64,000 nucleotides of DNA from Prorocentrum cordatum (lineage: Eukaryota), in NCBI GenBank assembly GCA_963575745.1, contig CAUYUJ010000336.1:310001-374000 (forward strand), read 5' to 3'. Below the pieces are notes generated by a model, which was given only the letters and a program-made list of their open reading frames with translations, made no database searches and was not told the DNA's origin. Of the stretch, positions 52,401 to 64,000 are shown piece after piece (within the stretch, counting starts at the first letter, position 1; the number at the start of each line of letters is the position of its first letter). The translations under genes and the position numbers were made by a program.

Positions 52401-55400
52401 GAGCCCGACGTCCCAACTACCTTCTGGCGGGCGGCAGCTGAGACAGACCAACAGACCGAGGTCGGGCAGCCAGCGCAACCAGGCCCACTGCCTGAACCAT
52501 TGCAGCCTGGCCCGCAGCCGATCCCTCTGCCAGAGCCATTGCCGACTGGCCCACTTCCGATTAGCACGCCAGCAGATCCATCGCCACCAGACCAGCGACC
52601 GACAGCCGCGTCAGTTCCGACCCCTGATGACGACACTGACATGGAGGCGGCGGAGCTGGAGGCAACTCCTGCCGACGACGATCCTTCTCCCGTCACAGTA
52701 CACAAACTGTCATGGCAGGACAGTTGCGAGCGTTCCCTGTACGAGGACATCAGCCAGATCGCGACGTTCGACAATGCATGCACTCTTCGTGAGTACAAGC
52801 TCCAAGCAGGCCTCGTGGATGATCACCCATACGTTCCCCCTCCGTTGCGGGGCACGTCCGCCACCAACGGCATAGCTTGCTTGCAAGACGATGAGGGGGC
52901 GAGTCAATTATCGTATGACGACTGTGTGATCGCCCATGCGCCCGACATCGTTCAATCTGGCTGCTTCCCAGAGTGGAAATGCATATCGCTCCCGCCGTAC
53001 GACGAGGTACGCTATGGACCCGAGCTGCTGGACGACTGGCTCGGCGACCCCGTTTGGATGAGCAAAGGCATCACGACGATGCTACGCCATGAGATCCACT
53101 GCAAAAGTTTCATATCAACCAATTCAATGATCGACGTGTCAACATATGGCCGAAACCAACACAACACGAGTGGACGATTCCAAGCAATTGGGAATCGTTT
53201 CAGGATATGGTTGAGTGGAAATTTCGAGACCGCGCAGTCCACAACGGACCATCCACCGAGGCGGCCATAGCACACTTCAACAAGGATGGTGAACCAGACG
53301 GGTACTTGGATTGGACGGTTTATTACCCGATCTTTGTTATTCGTGCGTTCCAGAAGCACATTGACCCGGAGAAGAACCGGATCGATGTATATGCCAAACC
53401 AGTTCCTGACGGTGGCGACCCCAGCTGCTTCGATTGGAACGGCGTCATCGCTATCAGATGCGTTGGAGGGCACAGTTGCGTCAACCAATTCTCCAAACCA
53501 TGGAATATGGGCTGGGAGAGCTTGCAATGGACAGACGTGAAGTACCTCCACCATGGCACAACATTTTGTGCACGGCGAAGCATCCTCAAGTCAGGGATTA
53601 TTCCAGGCTACATCGATCCATCTTCTCAGAGAGACAAACACTTTCGCGGATCACCACGCGCGGAGGAATTCTTCAGTTCCAGCACCTACATAGACAACGT
53701 TGAGAAGAATCCTCATACCTCGGTACAACCATACAAGTTCAACCACTACAGGAACGAGGTCGAGCTGGTGATCAACATGGAGATTGCCACAAAGGCTGGG
53801 AGCAGATTTTGGCTGGGCGCACAAGGTGCTACCATGACCGAGGATGTGGTACCAGCCGCCGCAGTCATCGCCACTCGCCGACTCCAACCACGCCATGAGC
53901 ATGGCCGGCAGATCTGGCCGGAAGGCAGTACCTGGGTTTACCCACCATTGGCTGCGAGACAACCATTGAGCAGATATGAGATTTGCGCTGTTCCTCCTGG
54001 GACAGACATGATCGACGATCCTCTTGGGATTGCACCAACTGGCATGGCACAAGACACGGCCAAGAAGTCAACACAGTCCGCTTCAGCATCATCGGCCCAG
54101 CGACCAATCGCCCCTCAGCTGGGGGCGACCCCCGCTGGCCACAGCTGACGCCGACGCTTTGGATGAAGAGATGGTCCGTGCTATGATTGACAGTTGTGGG
54201 CACAATACACAGGATACAGAATGGTTGATAGCCATGTCACATTGCCGAGAGGCCCTGCGACTTATTACTTCAAAGATCACACAGAGAGATTGGAACCGAC
54301 GGCCTATATTCAATGACGTTCGCATGGGGGACTTCATTATTGTCAAAAATTGGGGATCTACCAATTGCTACCACTACGACAATCACTTCCCCAAGGGCAA
54401 CCACAACACCAAGGTGCTCATGAACAAGGGCCACATATATGGTCCAATCATTAATTTCGGAGTCTTCGATAAGTTCTTTGCGGTACAAATACCGATCCTC
54501 GACTTAGGTTTACGATGGGTAAACATATGGTATTGCTGCCAAAACATGCCTCTCAAGGGCGTTGTCTTCGCTTTGCCAGTGCGTACCGACATCGACCCGA
54601 CGCACATGAATATCGCACTTGAAGGCCCCTCTTCATGCAGCGACCAGATACAGTTACATAAAGTTTCTGGTGACCTACCATATCTTGGAATGTCGAGCAT
54701 TTATAAGCCACGTATCCCGCGTACACCGACCAGACGCCCCGCTCCTTGGACACCAGATCCCGACGAGCTGGTGGCCACACCTGCCGAGGATCCCATTGCA
54801 GAAGACGTTGGATCCCGACAAGAGGCAAAGAGCCTCTGGCCACTGTCATTGTGGATATATCTACCACCCCACTCACAGATGAGGAGAAGGCAGCCAATGA
54901 CATCACGAGGGCAGACTTATCGGCTGATATCCAAGCTGATGAGGACATCGGCTCGAGCATCCTTGCTAATATTATTGGCCCGCCAGAGAACTTCCTCAAT
55001 CACCCCGACTACGACGCAGAAGAGGACACGATATGGATCTTGCAATCCTACGACCCCCGCATATACCGCTGGACGTCGGAGTTGTTGGTGGATTCACCTA
55101 TGATAAAAGTGAAACAAATTATCGAGGTGCATACTGGCAGGGACAAGATTGTAGTGGATCAGATAGAGTCATACTTACGCTTTGACATACAATTTGGACC
55201 AAAAACAGATATATATATATATATATATATATACCACATGTATTACAATCATACCCACAAGTGGGCACGCGACTTACCGATTTGCAGCGCAGATAGTTTC
55301 TTCAAACAGATTGCACACTACCTGGACCCAGAGGTCATCGAGGAATCGACCACAGGCATATTTCAATGGATCTCGAAAGTGTACCAAATCATATTGTTGG

Positions 55401-57197
55401 ACAGCATCAAGGAGCTACGTGATTTTACAAATGATGTTATTTACCAGAACCATCCTGCCCTCAAGACGTTGCGCGACCTCTTCACACAGTGCATCGAGAC
55501 ACATGGCAACCCAGGCTTCCCCGTATGGCGGGAGCCGGTGGAGACACCTGCCGCGCCTCATGAGGATGAACCAGGCGCTGAGCAGGATACTCCCCGTGAC
55601 CCAGGCAGCGTTGCTTCCGCAGCTCCAGACCAAGAAACCATGGTACAGATCATAGCCGAGCAGAGGGGGGTCGACCGCAAGATTGGCGACAATGAGGTCG
55701 TCTTGCAGGCAGAGGCTAACCGCATCCGCACAGACAACATGCATCATGGTGTTCCTGACGCTGCGGACAACGACCCCTCCGAGTACGCAGGACTACCTGG
55801 GGAAACATTGTCTAGGATCGAGATCGAGGGGATGAGCCGATCGATCGCCTCACGCCCGACCGCTGAGGTCAATCGAGATGCCATGGATCAGATCGGCCGT
55901 GTTCTCGCTGGCGGTATCGACACCCGCTGGGGATCCCGTGAGCACCTCGCGATTCACGGGACCCCATGCCAGATCCAGCACGATATGCGATGTCGGAATT
56001 GCGATCGTCTCTTATCCCTCGGAATCGTCATAAGTGACGGTACCATTTGTGATATCTGCTGGCAGTACACGGTCGCTGTAGGTGCTACCGGCAAAGGTGG
56101 CGCCGCGGAGAGCGACCTAGCATACCTCCAGAAGTTGACCGACTGGATCAAGACGACCCTCTCTCAAGACGACATCGCCAGGTGTATGTCAGACGGGGCC
56201 AATGTCCAGATGACGGGCAAGCGCTCCTTGGCTGGTCAGCAAAAGGATAACTTGAGGAGATATGCGAAGAAAGCCGTGGAGAGGTATCAGAAGTGGGTCG
56301 ACGCAGGCTCCCCTCCTGCACACATGTGCAGGTTGATGGGTGAGTCTGACGACGACGGACCTATGCCACCCCTTCGCCAATCTCGTTCACCGTTTCCTGA
56401 ACGATGTAAAGTTCCACCACCAAATGACAGCCGCACGTGTCAATAGAGGCGACGAGGCCTACACTATTGAGGACATGCGGGACGCCTGTGATATCCACGA
56501 TATCAGTGTTAGGACTGGCCAAGCTGGTCGGAAGAAATGGTGGTTGAACACAGGCAGACTCGATAGAGGCACGAGGCAGGAGCGCGGACTCATCGCGATT
56601 GCCCTTCCCCGCGGGGATGGCACTCGCGAGAAAGTCACGCAGCGCAAGCTTGCCGTGCTTGCCTCCATCGAACCCGCCTTGGGCTCCACAGGTCAGAGGG
56701 GGGTTAGTTCAGAGATCGGAACCGATCCGATCGATCCTGATACATACCCTTCACATTCTCATGGCGCCATGGAGCCACACCTGCCGCGGCGCCCGCCGCC
56801 GCCGCCGCGCCCCGCTCCTGGCGACGCTGCTGGACCCAGCGCCTCTGGCGCGCAGGGCGACGCGCCCGCTGGGCCGCGCGGCGCAGCCGCGCAGCGGCAG
56901 AGCGGCGACGACAGCCGCAGACCCACGACACCTCCCCGCGCCAAGAGGGCGCGCAGGACGGAGGACTACGCGACGTGGTGGCGCAAGAACCTAGAGGAGA
57001 GCCAGTGGGGCCCCAGGTGCGGGGGCTACTACGCCAAGTGCTGGGTATACATCGCGGACAACAACGATGAGTTCGTGTACGCCAGCGACCGCCACTGGAC
57101 CCCGAGGACGCCCTGGGAGACCTTCGCGACGAGCTACGTCGCGGGGGATGGCCACAGGGTGTGGGACCAGAGGTTCTGCGCGAGGGGCGACGCATAG
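49490..57197 (+). pseudogene. Extra giant ORF inside the LTR element (~2500 codons, frameshifted), multi-domain
   Basis: Overlapping + strand ORFs (49189, 49818, 50227, 50698, 50927, 51288, 51840, 53207, 54024, 54746, 56340) tile the region with protein-like composition, consistent with one ancestral ORF. The start is inferred. Confidence 0.75.
53055..53870 (+). pseudogene. Tpt1/KptA-like RNA 2'-phosphotransferase (NAD+-dependent ADP-ribosyltransferase) domain within the extra ORF
   Basis: Motifs in KptA order: SKGITTMLRH (53061-53090), EKNRI (53369-53383), IRCVGGHS (53453-53476), YLHHGT...SILKSGIIPG (from 53543), RAEEFFS (53657), LVINMEIATKAGSRFWLGAQGATMTEDVVP. One frameshift between the first motif and the rest. 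Confidence 0.82.
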
Positions 57198-57920
57198 CGT
57201 AGTCGGCCGCGAGGCCCACCGCTCGATTGGCTCGAACTTCATCTTTATACAAGTTCGCCTCGAGCGGTGACTAACCATATCATTTTAGGCCACTTCACGA
57301 TCCAAGAAAAGTGGCCACATCTACCCTTGTGAAACCCAAGGCAGCCTCCTAAGGAGCAACGCCGAGGGGAGTAACGATATGCAGAATTTATGTATGCAGC
57401 TTTTCGTGTTTATCAACGCGACTTTGCGTCTGACCAGACGTTTGTTTTTATGTTTAGACGTGTTTCTTAACACGATCGTGTTCCTCAGCACGACCTCATA
57501 ATACACATTTGTTCTCGCTTATTCTCTACAGTATGTTCAAATTGCGGTGAGAATGATTTGATGCCCAGTTCTAGTTTGAGAGCTGGTGGCAACGCCTGCC
57601 GCGCTCAGGCGCGGCAGCTTCCGATGTTGCTTTAATTGATCAGATCATCTTGCTCCGCCCGCCCGCGTCTCATTCTTCTCCGCCCTCGAGTGCCGAAGCG
57701 TTTTGGGGGGGCGCGCCGAGGGGGCACCAAAGTGTGCTTGGCGAAGAAACAGGGACCCTGTGTGTTCCTTCTTACCTTATCTTGCCTAATCGTGAACGCT
57801 ATCGCGATTGGGGCGCAGCTGACGCGATACAGATTTCACGCTCAGCTGCCTGACAGACCTGAGGATTTGAGGAGTAAAAGGGTGACGGGATCTTTTCTCC
57901 TGTTCCCGAGTCCTGCCCTC

Positions 57921-57942
57921 GCAGGCGGGATTCGGGACGGGG
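57921..57942 (+). promoter_or_regulatory. Polypurine-tract-like sequence
   Basis: G-rich GCAGGCGGGATTCGGGACGGGG immediately 5' of the 3' LTR; imperfect purine tract. Confidence 0.55.
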
Positions 57943-58138
57943 TGTGGGAATAGAACCCGTGTAATACCCTCATATATACTCCTTATCCTCACCTCCCCTG
58001 CGCCCGGCCGTTTGGGCTCAGATATTGGAATAGATCGATCAGACCTTTGATCGTGCAGGAGGAAAAGATATCCATCTTTCCCTCCTTTCCTCTACCAACG
58101 GATCAGGGGTTCTGTGCCTTTGTACTCCAACCCCATAC
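57943..58138 (+). repeat. 3' LTR
   Basis: TGTGGGAATAGAACCCGTGTAATACC...AACCCCATAC, matching the 5' LTR; the terminal A is missing. Confidence 0.93.
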
Positions 58139-59450
58139 TCGGGCCGATGCTGCGCAAGAAGTTTTGAGCACTGCGAACTGGCACTGCAACAGTTTACTGG
58201 GCGTCGTCTTGGCCAAAGGCGGGTGGGCTAAGAATGTCGCGAAGCAGCGCGCCGTTGTCTGATTTGTTGGCCGAGGCGTCGCTGCTGCTAATCGTCGGCT
58301 ACCGGCCGATCGCAGTCCTTTTTTCTTTGGAGGCGTCGCGCCTCGCATGCGTGTATGTTTTCTTTTTTTATTTGGGGGGGGGGGGCTCATGCTACAGGTT
58401 TAATTGGGGTGGAGGTTGATCAGAGGATTTCAGCTCTGCAAGCTCCTTCTCATTATCTGAAGATGGTTTGGTCTACGAAGGAGGTAGCATATAGGCTTCG
58501 ACTGTCTGTTCTTCTGGGCGTTCAGAATGTTGGGCTTCAGAACTTTGAGGCTTTCTTGATTGCTGAGGGGCAGAGTAAGCGCATCGGCACGGCTTTCATT
58601 CAGCACTGTAGGGTGGCTATGAAAGGGGGGGGGCAGCTGGGATGGAGATCGGCATGGGCACATTATAACTAAAGGTCGAGTCCTGCAGCGTTGGAGGTTG
58701 ACCCCCGCTTCCCTGGAACTTCGCGTTCGTCGTTCGAATTGGCCGGCGCAGATTGCGCGCTTCCCTGTTCGCCACGCTCATGTGTTCACCGCTCTTTTCG
58801 CCGAGCTCCCCATTGATGGCTGGCCTCAGTGCGACTACATGGGGCGTCTCACTGTTTATGCCAACCCATGGGCGAGACTATTCTTCGCCGACTTGGAGAG
58901 CTTGGCTGCTCTGGAGGAGGGCGAGGAGTTGCTCGCCCGTTTGCAAGGTTATTTATGGGCGCTGCGGTGGGATGAGGAGGTCGGAAAATGCTTCTGCAAA
59001 ATCGATTGCGCTCTTCTCCGACGCAGGCAGCATATTGTGGCGATTCCCCTACCTGGTTATGTTTGTCGGCCCAACGTGGCCACCAGCTTGTAGGGGGAGG
59101 TGAACGCGCCGGAAGGAGGTCTTAAGTGGGTGTGTGGTGTCTGTTCTATTCGTGATTCTGGGGAGAAGATTTTACGCGGTGAAGTTCTACCTGATAAAAA
59201 GCAGCCCTGCACCATGAGCGTTTTCATCGTGGTTTCAGATCTCTGGGCCACGTGCTATGCAAAACCAACCAGTGCCCCAACTGTATGGAGATTTTTCAAG
59301 TAAGGGCTAGTAGGCACTTGGCGGGCTTTTTGATTCGGGGCTGCCGTTGCTCGGGGGGCGGCGGGCGGGCGGGCGCGCGCGCGGGGGGGGGGGGGGGGCG
59401 CGCGCAAGAACCCTTGCGCGAGGCAACTTATCAACAGTGTTTGTTATGAT
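58139..59450 (+). mobile_element. 3' continuation of the same LINE after the copia insertion
   Basis: Post-YADD LINE-like segments LAKGGWAKNVAKQ, EVDQRISAL, LELRVRR, NPWARLFFADL, and a C-terminal zinc-finger remnant TNQCPNC. Confidence 0.7.
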
Positions 59451-59639
59451 TCAATGGGTCAGAAATGGCACGGTATCAACAGCACGTCCGTATCCGTTTT
59501 CCTTGAGATCTTGGAGTTTACGACCGGCACCGACATTGTTGCGCGACAGGGTATCAGCCCGCGCAGCCGCGGCAGCCCGCGCATCAGCACGGCAGAGGCG
59601 CAACGCCCGGCTTGGATGGCAAAGCGAGCAGGCGGCGAG

Positions 59640-60950
59640 ACTCCCGCGTAGGAGATGGCCACCGTAGGGGGCGCGGCGGGCGGCGCCGCTGGCGGCGGTC
59701 AAGGCAGCAAGGGGGCCCAGGGGGCTCAAGGCAGCAGGCGCCAGCGGCTGGAGGAGCTCGTCGCGGCCCTCGCCAAATTGGCGATGTCAGACGAGGCGGA
59801 GTTGAGGGCGATGATCGGGGCGGCGGACGACGCGCGGCTGGCGCCATTGCACGCGGCGGCGGCGCAACTCATGCTCGACGAGAACGCGGCCTTCAACGCG
59901 GAGGCGCAGGCGGGGCGCGAGAAGGGGGGGCAGCTTTGGCGGAAGGGAGGGCGGACTTCGAGAAGAAAAAGAAGTTCCACGCTCCACACTTGCGAGTGTT
60001 CAGCGCGCTGATCCAGGGCGCCTCCGCGAAGGGCGAGGGCGCGATGGAGCTGGGGCATGAGAAGATTCCCGCTCAGAAGCATTGGGAGGCCACAGTGATG
60101 AAGGCGGAGAGCCCCGAGCAGCTAGCGGACATGGCCCGCTTCTGCGAGGCCGAGCGTCTGAAGGCAAAGAGGGGCGGGGGTGAGTTGGTCAAAGTTCAGT
60201 TCCTGCTGGCGAGCGAGGCCGACGAGTGCACGGAGCTGCTGCACGCGATTCGGTTCACGCTGAAGCAGGCTGGCGGAGTCAAGGCGATCGGGGGAACGCC
60301 CAGGAGCCTGCTGGCGCGGGAGGCACAGCGGCTGTTGGACGCCGCGAAGTGAGGGAGAGCCCCCCTCGGGTAAACCAGGGGGTCCACGCTGCTGGACGCG
60401 GCGGGGGTCGTGGGCGCTCCTCCTCTTCTGCTTCGGCGGGCTTCGACTTGCGGCAGAGCGAGCGGGCCATGGCACTCCTGAGGTCAGGGCAGCTTTCGGA
60501 GGATGCGGCCAGGCGCGTACAGGGCCAATCTCCTCCCAACCCTTCTACTGTCATCACTCCTACTGTGATCTCTCCCCCTCCTGGTTTGAGCCCTCCCTCT
60601 CAACCTCCACACACTTGTGTAACATTCATAAATGCCCCCGAAGTGGGACCTGCAGTTGAGTTTCCACGCCTGACCCCTCTCAGAGGTAGAGGTCCCGGAC
60701 GTGGAAAAAGGTGTTGTTCGGAATGCGTGAAGGGAAGTTGTGGCCGCGCGGGGCCTCTACTCTCAGGCGCTCTTAGTGGTGTCACATCATATCCCCTTAA
60801 TGCGAAGTGCCACTCGGGCAAGATGCTCCCTGAGGTTGGTGCTGATAGCGGCGGCCGCTTGGCTGCGCGCCATCAGGGTGCGCGACTGGGCCAGTGTCAG
60901 CCTGCATTGCAGCGCTGATCAGCGCGCAGGCCACCCGCCAGATGCCTTAG
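59640..60950 (+). mobile_element. Possible 5' part of another LINE copy (ORF1-like plus start of endonuclease), truncated
   Basis: Helical ORF1-like frames 59655-60352 ending GGTPRSLLAREAQRLLDA, then VTSYPL (~60781) resembling an endonuclease start. Family assignment is by resemblance only. Confidence 0.4.
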
Positions 60951-61014
60951 GATAGAAGTAAACCTAGGTCCCACACTCAAGTCAGGCTGGATAGACGGTG
61001 CGGCGCCCCAGGGC

Positions 61015-61068
61015 TCCCTATTCCTATTCCTATTCCTCCTCCTCCTCCTCATGTTTTTTTTTTTTTTG

Positions 61069-61099
<31 letters not shown>

Positions 61100-61180
61100 T
61101 ATCTCTCTCTATTTCTCTTTATCTTTCTCGTTCTCGTTCTCGTTCTCTCTCTCTCTCTCGTTCTCTCTCTCTCTCTCTGT
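61015..61180. repeat. (CCT)n, poly-T and (CT)n microsatellites
   Basis: Directly visible. Confidence 0.9.
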
Positions 61181-61920
61181 ATAACTCGCTGTATGTTGCA
61201 TACTGTATGAATATGGGTATGTGTGTATGTAAATGTGTACACGGACGTCTTTCCCCGCCACCCTCTGCCACTTGCCCCTGCTCCTGCTCCAGCCCTCCCA
61301 TTCCCTTTTTTTTCCTCCCCGAACCCGTTTTTCTTTATCCCCGTTTGACTCTTCCCCTTGATGGGCAGTGCACCCGTTTTCCTCCTGCTTCTCCCCCGAG
61401 CGGAGTGGAACTGTCTTTAGAAAAAAGGTACGAAACAACAGCGGAAACCACACCTCCTGCCCTCCTCCGCCTGTTCCCCCTCCCTCCCCCCCCGTCTCCC
61501 TGTTTGTGCTCCTCCTCTTCTCTGTCCAGCCACGGGCGCGAAAGTCATGTTCCCTCCTTCCCCTCGCCCCCCCTCTGCCCCTCCCTGCCCCATTGTCCCC
61601 CCGCCCGCCGCGGGAGCGAAGGTGCTGCTCCTCGTCCCCCCTCCCCCCCCCTCCTCCCTACCCCCCCCCTCCCTCTGCCCCTCTCCGACCCGCCCCCCCC
61701 CCCCCGCCCCATCCCCCCCCAAGGGATGCCGCGTAGCCGTTCCAGCAGCGGCGCTGGCGGCGCTGGCCGCGGCGGCGGCCTTGCGCCCGGGTGCGGCCGG
61801 GGCCTTCGCGCCGCCGCCGAGGGCGCTTGGCCGGCGGAGGCCCGGGGATGGCGGCCCGGGGATGGCGGCCCGGGCCGCGGCCACGAAGGGGCGCAGGCAG
61901 TGGCCCGGGCCTCTCGCTGC

Positions 61921-62115
61921 GGGCCTCCTCGAGCAGATGGGGTCGGAGGATCGCGCCGCATCGCCGATGCATCGGCGATGCGATTCGATGGGGAGCCTGA
62001 TTTTCTGCACGCGGACGTCGCCGTTGCATCGCCGACGTCGCGGATGCATCGGTGGTGGATCGGCGATGCGGCGCAATCCTCCGACCCCATTTACTTAGAA
62101 CCCATCTGAGGGGCC
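61921..62115. mobile_element. Palindromic MITE-like element, copy 3
   Basis: Same termini and core as copies 1 and 2. Confidence 0.75.
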
Positions 62116-63027
62116 TCTACGAGCGCAGGCAGTGACCCAAGCCTCTCGCGCATGGGGAAAGAACCATGCGGAGTTGTGCAGCCGATCCCCTTTTCTCGTC
62201 CTTCCGCTGATCCGGGTTTGGAAGCACATGGTGGCCAGCCCAGGATCTCAATTTGCTGACCCGGGCTAGCGGCGCTGACCCCAGTTGGAACGTCCCCGAC
62301 GGGGGGGGGGCGGAGGAGAAAAGCCTCGGACCCGTGGCGACTCGCAATGAACCGCTCTCGAGTTGTTTCGTCATTTTCGTCGTCGGGACCGTCATACTTC
62401 CTTTGATCCAGGACGAAGAACTGGTTCCAGTGATGGGGTCGGGAGGTCCAGAGGAAGGAGGGAAACGCGGAGGAAGAAGGAGGAGGGAAGGAGGAGGATG
62501 GAGGGGGGGCTGAGGACAGGCACTTGTTTTCCCAATCCTTGATGTCCTTGCCCTTTGCTGGCACTGGGACGGGTTTGGCCCCAGCCCTAGCCCAGGTGCA
62601 AACTCATCAGTGCAATCTACAGTCATTGAGATATAGATATGTGTATGCCTACTGCGAAGTAGTTGCACAGAAAGAACCCCCCCTTCTCCCGTATCCGGCC
62701 CGCGATCCTCGATCCTCCCCTCCCTCTTGGCCGACGAGGGCGCTGGCCGCCAGTGACGATGACGATGTCTACGCCAACAGCTCGTCCCTTCCCTCCCCGT
62801 CCCCATCGAATGAAGGATGTGGAGAGGGAGGAGGACCTCTGCGCCTCAGGCAGTGCACCGTGTGTTGTTGAGTTCTGTGGTGCAACATCTCTGTGCTGCC
62901 TACCACCTTCGCCGACTGGTGCAGGCAGGAGCCGCTCGCGCACGTGCATATGCTGCTGCTGCTGCCGCATGCTCTCTATCCTGTAAGTATTATTGTGAAG
63001 GCCTGACGGCCTGTGCCGCCGACCCAG

Positions 63028-63515
63028 AACGACGACGACGACGACCACGACCACGACGACGACGACGACCACGACGACAAAACGACAACGGCAAGCTGAT
63101 GACCCTGCCATAAGCTCGGGACATGGGGCGGGCGGTGGAGGGAAGAGGAGGAGGAGGAGGAGGAGGAGGAGGAGGAGGACAAGGAGGAGGAGGAGGAGGA
63201 GGAGGAGGAGGAGGAGGCAAAGGAAGCGGAGGAGGAGGAGGAGGAGGAGGAGGTGGAGGAGGTGGTAGAGGAGGAGGAGGAGGAGGAGGAGGAGGAGGAG
63301 GAGGAGGAGGAGGAGAGAAAAGCAAGGGGGAGAAGACAGTACCTTCTCTCGCTCTCTCTCTCTTTCCCCTCTCCCTTTTCAGGTCTGTCTTGAGCTGCGT
63401 GCACCCGTAGATGCGCGCTACGCTAGTGTGTCCTGCTCGGCTGGACCTCTTCATGCGATGCGAGGAGGAGGAGGAGGAGGAGGAGGAGGAGGAGGAGGAG
63501 GAGGAGGAGGAGGAG
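63028..63515. repeat. (GAC)n and long (GGA)n microsatellites
   Basis: Directly visible at 63028-63090, 63140-63315 and 63461-63515. Confidence 0.92.
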
Positions 63516-64000
63516 AGCCGTGTGTCTCCTCGGGGGCGGCCGTTAGGGAGGCGACGGGCTGGGGCCAGGACCAAGGCCGCGGCCGGGGCTGCGGCCGGGG
63601 CCGCGGCCGGGACGGGGGTCGGGGTCGGGGCCGAGGCCGGGGCCGGGGGGCTAAGGCCGTGGCCAGCGGAGCCAGGGGGCCAGGTCTGGGGCCGGGGCTG
63701 GGGGCCAGGGCCGCAGGGCCAGGCCGGGCCAGGACCGGGGCTGGAGCGGGGTCCAAGGCGGGGGCAGGGGTCCTGAGGGGGACCGCCACTTTTTCCGCGT
63801 CCTGCGGCTTTTCTTGGCCGCCGAACCGCCCGAGGGGGAGTCGTATCTGCCCTGCAGGACCCCCCCGGGACCCCACCCCAGGGACCCCCCCCTGGCGGGG
63901 AAGGGGTCAAAGGGATAGGGCTTCCCTTCGACTCAATTACAACGTTGCTAAACTACGAGTCGAACGAAAAAGCCTCTTCCACACGCCGACAGGGTCGGCG

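Larger units (their letters stand above)
40062..58138 (+). mobile_element. Giant (~18 kb) Ty1/copia LTR retrotransposon, structurally complete but mutated, with a large extra 3' ORF
   Basis: Near-identical direct repeats at 40062-40256 and 57943-58138, PBS after the 5' LTR, purine-rich tract before the 3' LTR, and copia domain order Gag-PR(DSG)-IN-RT(YVDD)-RNase H. No clean target-site duplication seen. Confidence 0.95.

Noticed and set aside
49490..57197. Interpreting the extra ORF as a retroviral env gene
   Set aside because: No evident signal peptide, fusion peptide or C-terminal transmembrane anchor; the motifs point to enzymatic domains.
62976..63910. ORFs encoding poly-Pro, poly-Gly, poly-Glu or poly-Ser proteins
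   Set aside because: Translations of (GGA)n/(CCT)n microsatellites, as also at 13048-14391 and 36609-37686.

Overview
This is GC-rich, repeat-dense eukaryotic DNA with no intact host gene that I can support. Two close matches to the dinoflagellate spliced leader (DinoSL, DCCGTAGCCATTTTGGCTCAAG) at 6921 and 32177 point to a dinoflagellate genome. The main feature is an unusually large (~18 kb, 40062-58138) Ty1/copia LTR retrotransposon. It has ~195-bp LTRs, a half-tRNA(iMet)-type primer-binding site, a Gag with CCCH zinc fingers, and a PR-IN-RT-RNase H pol. After RNase H it carries a ~7.7-kb frameshifted extra ORF. That ORF has the ordered motif set of a Tpt1/KptA RNA 2'-phosphotransferase (NAD+-dependent ADP-ribosyltransferase), a candidate SGNH-hydrolase domain and a C4 zinc ribbon. 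The element sits a few codons after the YADD motif of a decayed LINE. The rest of the window holds a second decayed LINE with a DinoSL-like 5' end, a DinoSL-capped SGNH-hydrolase processed pseudogene inside a tandem repeat, three copies of a palindromic MITE, a perfect 26-bp hairpin, several satellites and many microsatellites. All domain calls are by-eye motif recognition; no database searches were run.
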